From Parcubacteria group bacterium Gr01-1014_38 (lineage in GTDB: Bacteria; Patescibacteriota; Andersenbacteria; UBA10190; CAIZMI01): DNA of 64,000 bases. The position numbers and the translations under genes are program-made. The stretch lies in contig VMFP01000003.1 in NCBI GenBank assembly GCA_007376145.1, positions 28,741 through 92,740 of the forward strand, written 5' to 3'. Position 1 is the stretch's first letter. The number at the start of each line of letters is the position of its first letter. The notes under the pieces are model-generated. The model saw only the letters and a program-made list of their open reading frames with translations, was not told the DNA's origin and ran no database searches. Shown one piece after another: positions 1 to 9,600 of this stretch.

Positions 1-114
1 AAAGGAGAAGCGAACGGGAGATCAAGCACATCGTTGAGAGAGAACTATCGAAAACGGGCTGGGTAAAGCCCATCGTCGAGGATCAATATTTTTTGCCGTC
101 GCCTGGCAAATACT

Positions 115-1095
115 ATGGGCAAAAAGGCTAAGTTTTGTTGCGCCATTTACATGGGAAAGTACGGAATCAACGTCTACAGCAACGATCCGGGGACCTTCGA
201 TATCCTTCGCACGGGAGCCTTCGTGCCCTTCATCCCAGGATACCGTTGTCTAAAACGCCGGGCACGATCTGACTACTCGATCGTCTACATTCGAGATACT
301 GTCTGCTCGGCCCAGGTCACCGGCGCCAAAAAACTGGAAATTCGCGCGCCACTCACGGACGTCGTGCGTGCCTCCACCATTCCTTTTCGGGCGCATTTCA
401 TGCTCGAGCCCCAACTGCAGAAAGACTCGATCTTTACCAGTCAAGGCGGCGGTGTCTCAAAAAACGGCAGGGCGGTTCTCCTGATGGGGAAACGGGGGGC
501 CGGCAAAACCTCCGTGACGCTGGAGCTCTGCAGGAAATACCATTGGCGGCTCGTGGGGAACGATTTGATCTTGGTCGGATTTCGGGAAAACGCTGGCTAT
601 CTTTTTGGCGGCGCCAAGGCTTTTACCCTGCGCTTTACCACGGTCAAGTACTACAACGCGGATTTACAAAAACTTTTCCCCAAGAATCACCCCAACGAGT
701 GGACCAACAAAATCACGCTGCTGGCCGAGGGTCTAGGCATTTCCGCGGAGAGAGGTCACCCGAAATTAACGAATGTTTTTTACCTCCACCTCCTCAACGA
801 CAAAGCGGCTCCGTTGTATCTTCGAAGAATCGGCAGTAAGAAAACCGCGCACATGGGAAGACTCTACCTCTATGAAGAACTCTCAAGCTACATACGCGGC
901 GTCTCCGCTCCTGTCGTCTACGGCCCGCAATTTTCTCTCGGCGATTACCTTCCGTCTTTAGACAAACCCGAATACCACCAAAACCGCGTAAAACTGATAG
1001 ATTGGATCATGGACGATGTGGGGTTCTACTTCATTTCCGGCTCCATGAGGGCGATCTGCGAGCATGTCAACGCTGCTCTCGGCCATCCAAAATGA
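115..1095 (+). CDS. HprK-related serine kinase-like P-loop protein
   Basis: Walker-A-like 'LLMGKRGAGKTSVTLEL...WRLVGNDL' resembles the HPr kinase/phosphorylase C-terminal nucleotide-binding core; 326 aa ORF with coding-like composition. Confidence 0.5.
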   Translation: MGKKAKFCCAIYMGKYGINVYSNDPGTFDILRTGAFVPFIPGYRCLKRRARSDYSIVYIRDTVCSAQVTGAKKLEIRAPLTDVVRASTIPFRAHFMLEPQLQKDSIFTSQGGGVSKNGRAVLLMGKRGAGKTSVTLELCRKYHWRLVGNDLILVGFRENAGYLFGGAKAFTLRFTTVKYYNADLQKLFPKNHPNEWTNKITLLAEGLGISAERGHPKLTNVFYLHLLNDKAAPLYLRRIGSKKTAHMGRLYLYEELSSYIRGVSAPVVYGPQFSLGDYLPSLDKPEYHQNRVKLIDWIMDDVGFYFISGSMRAICEHVNAALGHPK

Positions 1096-1291
1096 CCCGA
1101 AAGCAAATTTAGAAGTTTAGCAGGAGGTCGCGAGTTTCTTGGGCCTCAGGCGGCCTCGCTATACCCGCCTCGGCCTGAATTCCCCTCCACGAAACTCGCA
1201 AGAAGGAAGGATGCTACAAAACTGCTGCCGTCTTCTTACAGCGGGGTGCTTTCTTTCTCTCACACCAGTAAGCCCCGTAGGGAAGGAATAC

Positions 1292-1328
1292 AAAAAAGCC
1301 CTTGTCCGGCAAGTGCGCGGACCAGGGC
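1292..1328 (-). terminator. Rho-independent terminator downstream of cofE-like gene
   Basis: 11-bp stem (gcccttgtccg / cggaccagggc, one mismatch) with a 9-nt loop, followed on the minus strand by a T-run (plus-strand aaaaaa at 1292-1297). It sits immediately 3' of the minus-strand gene that ends at 1339. Confidence 0.55.
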
Positions 1329-1338
1329 TGGGGAGCTG

Positions 1339-2145
1339 TTATCCCTCCTCAAGGCGTTCGGCTCGCGCGAGCGCGTCCCGAGCGTCTTCAAGGTACTTAG
1401 TAACCGGATGCAGGAGGTCTCTGATTTGACTCGTCTCTGACGCCTGGTACTGGACACCCCGCACGATCACGACGGGACGACGCTCGTTCGTTTGCCCCAT
1501 GACGAGCGAGGCAGCAGCAGCGATCTCATCCACCTGCGCAATTTCGGGGGTGCGCTTTTTCCCATGGATATCTTCCGCGACCGCGGGACGATACACGGCG
1601 GCGATGCCGGAGATGCCGATCGTCATTCCCACCGACCCCTCCCGGTCTGCTCTGCCGAAGGTATCGTTGATCACCACGGCGACCTTCCGCCCCGCTTTCC
1701 GTTCTATTCCTTGCCGGATGCGCTCGGCACTGGCATCAGGGTCTTGGGGCAGAAGGCTCACCACTCTTCCTTTGGGACCAGCCACCGTATTGGAACTGTC
1801 CACCCCGGCACTGGTGCAGATAAACCCCAGGAGGTGTTCCGTCAGCAGGAAACCCGGCCGCGCGATCAACATCCGTTTCGTCTCCTGGAGAATCACTTCG
1901 AGATTTCTCGGGTCCATGTTGAGCTGCTCGGCGAGCGCGGCTGCCTCTTTCGAGGGCTCCACCTTCTGGACATCCACGAGCCGCCCTTCTGCCTTAGAGA
2001 CAATCTTGGAAGCAATGACGATCACGTCACCGTCCTGAAGGGGAACACCATCCTTCTCTGCGACCTCGCAGAGGATGCTGCCGATATCATCGCCTTGCTG
2101 AATCAATGGGATACCTTCAAGCGCATAGAGGCTGAGTGTCTTCAT
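1339..2145 (-). CDS. cofE: Coenzyme F420-0:L-glutamate ligase (CofE) family protein
   Basis: Strong similarity along the length to CofE (e.g. 'GDVIVIASKIVSKAEGR', 'CTSAGVDSSN', 'VAVVINDTFGRADREGSVGMTIGISG', 'VVIVRG'). Good RBS (GAGGAG) lies 8 nt upstream of the ATG at 2145. Confidence 0.75.
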   Translation of the reverse strand: MKTLSLYALEGIPLIQQGDDIGSILCEVAEKDGVPLQDGDVIVIASKIVSKAEGRLVDVQKVEPSKEAAALAEQLNMDPRNLEVILQETKRMLIARPGFLLTEHLLGFICTSAGVDSSNTVAGPKGRVVSLLPQDPDASAERIRQGIERKAGRKVAVVINDTFGRADREGSVGMTIGISGIAAVYRPAVAEDIHGKKRTPEIAQVDEIAAAASLVMGQTNERRPVVIVRGVQYQASETSQIRDLLHPVTKYLEDARDALARAERLEEG

Positions 2146-2633
2146 TTCTTCTTCTCCTCTTCTAGGTTAGGTGGAATGTAGTGTAACGGCAAAGAGGGCT
2201 TAACAGACTGCCCAAGCGCAAAGCAGAGCGCGTCTCTCGACCTGACGACCACCCGGACAAAAGAAGTCGCACGCCCCGGCAGCAGGTATCGTTATCGCCC
2301 TCTGGTACGGCCAGGCTCTTTACACCGACTAGTTGTCAAGTTCCAACCCCGCAGCAAGCAAGTCCTCGTTTTCGGACAATACCCGGACCGCGTGTGCGGA
2401 ACTGTAGGTCCGCCACGGACAGTTGTCAATGCCACGATCTCTCTCACCGCAAACTGGCCCTTCCCCAGTTTTTCATGCTGTCGAAAGAGCGATGACGACC
2501 CCGTGCAGGAGCCGGTGAATCCCCAGCGGTGGCCCGTGAGCAAGGCCTTGAAGAGCGAGCCAGAGGTACCCTGCCTCGTCCGGGTGGACGAGGACCGTCC
2601 GGAAGAGCGCGCCGTGGCGCGACTCAGCAGTCC

Positions 2634-2664
2634 CCCGCCAGGAATACTTTTTATCGGCAGACCT
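2634..2664. repeat. 31-bp perfect direct repeat, left copy (island boundary, att-like)
   Basis: cccgccaggaatactttttatcggcagacct is identical to 18276-18306. Confidence 0.85.
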
Positions 2665-2698
2665 GGGTGCCCCGAATGGCATTCGGGTTCCGCTTCAT

Positions 2699-2992
2699 TC
2701 ATCGACGACTATTCCCAGCCCCGGAATGGGTTTGTGTTTCCAGAGCTGCCGACCGTGCGCTGCTTAGCGTTCGCCCAAACGCTCGGATAACGGGGTCAAC
2801 CATCCCGTACCGCTGGATGCTCTCCGCGAGCTGGGCGGTCGCATCCTTGTTCCAGCGGCGGGGGTTGTATGGAGCGGGTTTCAGTAGATCGATAGGGACA
2901 TACTGAATCGCTAGGTCGTGTTTGATCATGTTGGTGTGGAGTGCTTTTGTGCGCATGTTGTGAGATGAAGTGAGATATAAAAAGCCGGACAA
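2699..2992 (-). pseudogene. ParB-like N-terminal domain fragment (truncated)
   Basis: 'YVPIDLLKPAPYNPRRWNKDATAQLAESIQRYGMVDPVI' matches the ParB/Srx N-terminal motif. The frame then degenerates after about 50 aa. It lies just inside the left island repeat. Confidence 0.4.
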
Positions 2993-3186
2993 GATCCCGA
3001 AAAACAGGGATGAAGACTCCCAGTTTTTCAGAAGATTGTCCGGCGTTTTTGATGCTTATAGCATCGCCTACGGGCGTTACCCCGCAGACAACTTCTGTCC
3101 CGACACGGTTTTAAAGAGCTGTCCAAAGTTTAGCGCACTTCGCCATGCCCGTCAAATGCGTGTTCGCGAAAAACGCGCGGTGTCTA

Positions 3187-3216
3187 TTGACAGTAGTTGC
3201 TTAGGTTGTTTAGGAT
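3187..3216 (+). promoter_or_regulatory. Sigma70-like promoter for the island defence operon
   Basis: -35 TTGACA (3187-3192), 18-nt spacer, -10 TAGGAT (3211-3216). RBS GAGG sits 4 nt before the ATG at 3225. Confidence 0.5.
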
Positions 3217-3224
3217 GAGGACTA

Positions 3225-3515
3225 ATGAACGACCTGAAACAAGTTGGTGATTTACCAGGAGCCCAACAGAAGGCGCTCTACACCATTCTCCGCCTGGATA
3301 AGCCTGCATTTCGGACGTCCGACGTCCGCAAGAAGATGGAAGGAACTGCCACGGGCAAGTCCGTCGGGGCGATTCTCAACGCTCTCTTCCGCAACGGCTA
3401 TCTCGAGAAGCTTCAAGGTGGTAGGGATAAACTCTGGAAGCTCTCTGAACAAGCTGAAACTGTCCGTGACGAGATCAGACGGAAAATTTCCGCCGTGAAG
3501 GTCTACTGGTCATGA
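3225..3515 (+). CDS. Small winged-helix-like putative regulator
   Basis: 96-aa ORF with helix-turn-helix-like content. Its stop overlaps the start of the downstream helicase (ATGA), indicating translational coupling. Confidence 0.4.
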   Translation: MNDLKQVGDLPGAQQKALYTILRLDKPAFRTSDVRKKMEGTATGKSVGAILNALFRNGYLEKLQGGRDKLWKLSEQAETVRDEIRRKISAVKVYWS

Positions 3516-6500
3516 ATACGGATCTCACATTCATCACGAACGAGAAAGGCCAGAGCCTGAAGGAGCGATTCGAGGTTCTCATCCGCGACACGAAATTCTT
3601 CGATGCCCTCGTGGGGTACTTCTACACGAGCGGCTTCCATGCTCTCTACAAGCCGCTGGAGAACACGCAGAAAATCCGCATTCTTATCGGGATCGGTACG
3701 AGCAAACAGACACTCGAACTCATCGAGCAATCTCGGCAGAAAACGTTCGAGCTCTCCCACGCCGAGACCAAGCAGGTGTTCTCCGATCTCGTCGCTGGCG
3801 AGATGAGCACCTCGGAGGACAACCGGCACGTCGAGGAAGGAGTACGGAAGTTCACCGAATGGCTTCGGAGCGGCAAGCTGGAAATCCGCGCGTATCCCGC
3901 GGCAGACATCCACGCGAAGGTCTACATCATGTCGTTCGCGGAGGGAGATCGTGATGCGGGGCGCGTTATTACTGGATCGAGCAACTTCACGCAGGCCGGC
4001 CTCGTGGAGAATCTCGAGTTCAATGTCGAACTGAAGAATCGCGCCGACTACGAGTTCGCCAAACAGAAGTTTGAGGAGCTCTGGAAGGACGCGGTGGACG
4101 TCAGGGAGAAGTATCTCGAAACCATCACGAGCCGCACTTGGCTGAACGACACAGTCACGCCCTACCAGCTCTATCTGAAGTTCCTCTACGAGTACTTCAA
4201 GGACGAGCTGCGCCCCGCGGAGGACATGCTCTTCCGGTACATCCCCTCTGAGTTCAAGCGGCTGGAGTACCAAGAGCAGGCCGTTCTGAACGCCAAGAAA
4301 ATCCTCGATGAGTACGGCGGTGCGTTCCTCTCCGACGTCGTCGGTCTCGGGAAGACCTACATGGCCGCCATGCTCGCGAGCCAGCTGGACGGGCGTACGC
4401 TGGTGATCGCGCCGCCGGTTCTCTTGGAGAAAGCGAACCCCGGTTCATGGCCGAGCGTCTTCCCTGATTTCCGCGTTGCTGCCGACTATGAATCTTTGGG
4501 AAAGCTCGATCACTTGCTCAAACGGGGCATCGAAAAATACCAGAACGTGTTTATCGACGAGGCGCATCGTTTTCGGACCGAGTCCAACGTCACGTATGAG
4601 AAGCTCGCGCGAATCTGCCGCGGCAAGCGCGTTGTTCTCGTGACGGCCACGCCGTACAACAACTCGCCCAAAGACGTCTTGAGTCAAATCAAGCTCTTCC
4701 AGACCGGCAAGCGGAGCACCATTCCGAATGTTCCCGACCTGGAATCGTTCTTTAGCCGCCTTGAAAAGCGAGTCCAGCACCTCGATCGCCAGCGGGATCG
4801 CGACGAGTATCTCCTGCGAACCAAGGAAAACGCGCGGGAAATCCGCGAGAAGGTACTGAAGTATCTGATGGTCCGCCGTACGCGGCGGGAGATTGAGCTG
4901 TACTTCGGCGAAGATCTGAAGCGACAGAATCTGCAATTTCCCACCGTAAGCGATCCGGAGCCCGTGTTCTACGAACTGAACGAAGATGAGGACGTAATTT
5001 TCTCCAAGACGATCGAGTTCGTCGCCAAGCAGTTCACGTATGCCCGCTATACGCCTCTCCTGTATTTCAAGGGAGACGTTCCGCAGGTCGATGAGCAGGG
5101 GCAGATCAACATGGGAAAGTTCATGAAGATCTTGCTCGTGAAGCGGCTCGAGAGCAGCTTCCACGCCTTCCGCAATACCGTCGACCGGTTCCTCCACTCC
5201 TACGAGCAGTTCCTCCGCGAACTGGAGCGCGGACACGTGTACGTCAGCAAAAAGTACATCCACAAGATCTTCGAGCTGATCGATGAGGGCGACGAAGAAG
5301 AGATCCAGCGACTCCTCGGTGAGGACAAGGCACAACGGTATACGGCGGCGGACTTTCGCCCACAGTTTAAGAAAGACCTCGAACACGACCTCGCGCTGCT
5401 CCGCGAGATCCGCGTCATGTGGCAACGGGTTACTCGCGACCCGAAGCTACTCACGCTTGTCGAGCTGCTCTCGACGCGTTCCTTATTGAAGAAGAGTAAG
5501 TTGATTCTCTTCACAGAGTCCAAGGAGACGGCCGAGTACATCGCCAAGCACCTCGAGCAGAAGTTCTCGGGCGAAATCCTCCTGTTCACCGGGGCGTCGA
5601 GCGCGCTCGTCCGGGAACGGGTTATTGAGAACTTCGACGCTCGCGCGCGCTTCCCGAAGGATGACTATCGTCTCCTCATCACGACGGAGGTGCTATCCGA
5701 GGGCGTGAACCTCCATCGCTCGAATGTCGTGCTCAATTACGACATTCCCTGGAACCCCACCCGTCTCATGCAGCGCGTCGGCCGTATCAATCGCGTCGAC
5801 ACGGCTTTTAACACCATCCACGCCTTCAATTTCTTCCCCACGCGACAGGCGGAGGATGCCATCAAGCTGCGGGCAGCGGCCGAGGCGAAGATCCACGCCT
5901 TCATTTCGCTCTTGGGAAGCGATGCGCGTCTCCTGACTGATGGCGAACCCATTGAATCTCACGAACTCTTCAGTCGCCTCGTCACGAAAGAGACGATTAC
6001 CGGAGAGCGTGAAGAGGAGGAGAGCGAGCTGAAGTATCTCCGCGTCATCCGCGACATCCGGGATCGAGAGCCCGACTTGTTCGATCAAATCAAACGGCTG
6101 CCGAAGAAAGCGCGGACGGCGCGGAAACATACAGAAGCGCAGCGCCGTCTGATTACATATTTCCGGAAAAGCAAGCTCCAGAAGTTCTTCGCAGTCGACG
6201 GAAGAGAATCCACGGAGCAGGACTTCCTCTCCGCAGCTCGGCTCCTTGAAGCTACGCCTCGCGAGACGCGAGAGTCTCTGGGACCGGATTTCTACGAATT
6301 ACTCGAGAAGAACAGACGCGCGTTTGAACTCGCAACCATTGAGGAAGGATTGCTCGAGTCCCAAGAGCGCAGCGGCCGAGATAGCGCGACCAATGTGCTC
6401 AAGATCCTCCGAGCGATCAAAGACCAGCGTCAGTTTACCGAGGAGCAAGAGGAGTACCTCAAGCTGGTCATGAAGAGGCTCGAACTGGGCGCAGTACCGA

Positions 6501-6694
6501 AGCAGACGACGAAAAAAGTCTTCCAGCAGCTCAGCCGTGAACTCAAGCACGGCATCAATCCGTTGAAACTCCTTGCGGTCGTACAACAGAGCGTCCCACG
6601 CGAATTCCTGGAAAGTCACCGCGCGGAAAGCGCGGCCGACGTGTCCGGCCCGCGCGAAGTCATTCTGTCCGAATACTTCACCACGACGCGATGA
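3512..6694 (+). CDS. PLD-family (HKD) nuclease / SNF2-family helicase fusion protein (restriction-like component)
   Basis: The N-terminus carries a single HKD motif ('HAKVYIM...GSSNFTQAGL'). It is followed by SNF2 motifs: GLGKT, 'FIDEAHRFR' (DEAH), helicase-C ('TEVLSEGVNL', 'QRVGRINR'). Confidence 0.85.
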   Translation: MNTDLTFITNEKGQSLKERFEVLIRDTKFFDALVGYFYTSGFHALYKPLENTQKIRILIGIGTSKQTLELIEQSRQKTFELSHAETKQVFSDLVAGEMSTSEDNRHVEEGVRKFTEWLRSGKLEIRAYPAADIHAKVYIMSFAEGDRDAGRVITGSSNFTQAGLVENLEFNVELKNRADYEFAKQKFEELWKDAVDVREKYLETITSRTWLNDTVTPYQLYLKFLYEYFKDELRPAEDMLFRYIPSEFKRLEYQEQAVLNAKKILDEYGGAFLSDVVGLGKTYMAAMLASQLDGRTLVIAPPVLLEKANPGSWPSVFPDFRVAADYESLGKLDHLLKRGIEKYQNVFIDEAHRFRTESNVTYEKLARICRGKRVVLVTATPYNNSPKDVLSQIKLFQTGKRSTIPNVPDLESFFSRLEKRVQHLDRQRDRDEYLLRTKENAREIREKVLKYLMVRRTRREIELYFGEDLKRQNLQFPTVSDPEPVFYELNEDEDVIFSKTIEFVAKQFTYARYTPLLYFKGDVPQVDEQGQINMGKFMKILLVKRLESSFHAFRNTVDRFLHSYEQFLRELERGHVYVSKKYIHKIFELIDEGDEEEIQRLLGEDKAQRYTAADFRPQFKKDLEHDLALLREIRVMWQRVTRDPKLLTLVELLSTRSLLKKSKLILFTESKETAEYIAKHLEQKFSGEILLFTGASSALVRERVIENFDARARFPKDDYRLLITTEVLSEGVNLHRSNVVLNYDIPWNPTRLMQRVGRINRVDTAFNTIHAFNFFPTRQAEDAIKLRAAAEAKIHAFISLLGSDARLLTDGEPIESHELFSRLVTKETITGEREEEESELKYLRVIRDIRDREPDLFDQIKRLPKKARTARKHTEAQRRLITYFRKSKLQKFFAVDGRESTEQDFLSAARLLEATPRETRESLGPDFYELLEKNRRAFELATIEEGLLESQERSGRDSATNVLKILRAIKDQRQFTEEQEEYLKLVMKRLELGAVPKQTTKKVFQQLSRELKHGINPLKLLAVVQQSVPREFLESHRAESAADVSGPREVILSEYFTTTR

Positions 6695-9600
6695 CGAGAG
6701 AACAAGCGAAGCAACTCGTTCAAGAAGCGCTCCAGAGGCCGTTCGACAAGGGGGGCTTTGTTCGTCTCGTGCGTAACCTCCTGAATCACTTGGAGGATGC
6801 CCCGTTTACCTACAGCGGCAACACGATGCGCCACGCGTATGCAAATGCCGTCAAGTCGCTCGAGCGCATTGGGAAGTACGAGGACCCAGAGGGGAGGAAA
6901 ATCGACGTGCTTGTCGTGAATCTCCGGCATGTCCACGCACTCGACCATGCCCGCACGATGCAACGGAACTTCATCGCGTGGTATCTCAATGGCAGTCGCG
7001 GAGACGTTTTCAAAGATGCAGCACTCGTCGCCTTCCATGCTGACGATGCGCCCGATTGGCGCTTCTCGCTCGTCCGCATGGACTATCGCCTCACGAAATC
7101 CGGCGAGAAAGTGAAGGCGGTCACGGAACTCACGCCAGCTCGGCGCTTTTCATTCTTGGTTGGGCAGCATGAAAAGACGCACACCGCGCAGAAGCAGCTC
7201 CTGCCAATCCTCGAGGATGACACACACGATCCGCTTCTTTCTAACCTCGAGCAGGCGTTCAGCATCGAGACAGTTACAAAGGAGTTCTTCGGGCGATACC
7301 GCGACCTCTTTCTTGAAACGAAGGAAGCGCTGGACAAAGTTGCCCGACGTGATAACGCCGTGCGAGAGGAGTTTTCCAATAAAGAAGTTGATACCACCGA
7401 CTTCGCCAAAAAACTTCTCGGGCAGATCGTCTTTCTCTACTTCCTCCAGAAGAAGGGGTGGTTCGGCGTGGCGCGGACGGGCAAGTGGGGTTCGGGGCCG
7501 AAGAATTTTCTTCGACAGCTTTTCGAGAAGAAGCATGGAGACTACAAGAACTTCTTCAATGATATTCTCGAACCCCTATTCTATGAGGCGCTCGCGAAGG
7601 AACGCGACAATGATTTTTACAGCCGCTTCAACTGCAAGATCCCATTTCTGAACGGTGGACTCTTCGATCCCATCTACAACTACGATTGGGTACACACGGA
7701 CATTCTTCTTCCCGATGAGTTGTTTTCAAATACTTTGCGGACAAAAGAAGGCGATATTGGGGCGGGCATTCTCGATGTCTTTGACCGCTATAACTTCACC
7801 GTCAAGGAAGACGAACCGCTGGAAAAGGACGTCGCCGTTGACCCGGAGATGCTCGGAAAGGTCTTCGAGAATCTCCTAGAAGTTAAAGACCGCAAGTCCA
7901 AAGGCACGTATTACACGCCGCGTGAGATTGTCCATTACATGTGCCAGGAAAGCCTGGTGAACTATTTGGCCGCAGAACTCGAGGGTATGGTGGGCCGAGA
8001 GGACATCGAGACGCTCATCAAGTATGGGGAGACAGCGGTTGAACACGACCGGCACGTTGAAGAAGGGGGAGAGACGCCGACGTACCAACACCGACTTCCC
8101 GAGGCGGTTCGCGCACGCGCGAAAGTGATCGACGACAAGCTCGCGGATATCCGCGTCTGTGATCCCGCGGTCGGCTCCGGAGCCTTTCCAGTCGGGATGA
8201 TGAACGAGGTTGTTCGGACACGCAACGCACTCACGAATTACGTTGAAGACAAAGATGATCGCTCAATGTACGAATTCAAGCGACACGCGATTCAGAGCTC
8301 TCTATATGGCGTGGACATCGATCCCGGCGCGGTCGAGATTGCCAAGCTCCGACTTTGGCTCTCGCTCGTCGTCGATGAAGAGGACATAAAAAAGATCAAG
8401 CCGCTACCCAACCTAGACTACAAAATGGTGCAAGGCGATTCGCTTTCGTCTGTTCAGAAGAATCTATTCAACCAACCGTTGTTTAATAAGCTTGAGGAGC
8501 TTAAACCCAAATTCTTTGAGGAGACCAATGCGCGCAAGAAGCAGGAGTATCGGCGGCAGATTGATGAACTTATTGATCAAATAACTAGAGGACACAAAGA
8601 TTTTGATTACGAAGTGTACTTCTCAGAAGTTTTCCACGAGAAGAAGGGGTTTGATGTTGCAATCGCAAATCCTCCATATCTCCAGATTCAGAAGATGGCA
8701 AAATCAGAAAAAGAGCGTTTCAGAAAGATCTTCAGAACTTTTTCAAAGACCGGAGACATTTACTGCTTGTTCTACGAACGGGCCATTCAGATATTAAAAC
8801 AAGACGGTACCTTGACCTTTATCACGTCGAATTCCTGGTTACGGGCAAGATACGGTGAGCTACTGAGAAAACTTTTGATTGAAAAGGCAAATCCTGTCCG
8901 GCTAATAAATTATGAGGATGCGCGGATGTTTGAACATGCTATCGTCGAAACCAACATCCTAATCGCTCAAAAATCCCAGTGGAATGGCCGTCTCCATGCC
9001 ACCACCGTCAAAAATAACAACTTAAATGCTTTGCCACTTGACGAGTATGTAAAGGGAAATACCTCCGTTATTAGTGACTTGGGAGTCGATAGCTGGAATA
9101 TCGCCGACAAAGCATCGTCTGGCCTAAAGAAGAAAATTGAAAGCCACTCAGTTTCGCTAAAAGACCTGAACGTTTCAGTTTATCGTGGTATTACAACGGG
9201 TTTCGTCGAGGCATTTGTTGTCGATGAGGAGATCAGGAGAAATTTAATCACTCAAGATGAAAAAAGCGCGGAAGTAATTAAGCCTGTCTTACGCGGGCAA
9301 GACGCAGGTAGATATTTCTATGCTTGGAAAGGACTTTGGCTAATAACGCTGCAATCAGGATGGACGAATAGAAATCGGGGCGGGAAAAGCCCGGAAAGTT
9401 TTTTTGCTGAAACCTATCCCGCAGTACACGAATATCTTAAAGGAGTAGGCTCCAAGATAAAAATTGGAGCGATTAAGGCGAAGGGAAAAGGATTATATGG
9501 TCGTGATGACCAAGGTGATTATTGGTGGGAACTCAGGGATTGTGATTTTTACTCCGAGTTTGAGAAAGAAAAAGTTATCTGGGGAGAGTTGTCTGATAAA

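Noticed and set aside
1492-2181. Long ORFs (229 and 179 aa, plus strand) overlapping the cofE-like gene
   Set aside because: They are antisense or alternative-frame to a gene with strong family similarity and RBS. This is a typical spurious ORF in GC-rich DNA.
3503-5425. Minus-strand ORFs of 256 and 326 aa antisense to the PLD/SNF2 gene
   Set aside because: They lie completely inside a gene with multiple unambiguous helicase motifs. No recognisable motifs of their own.
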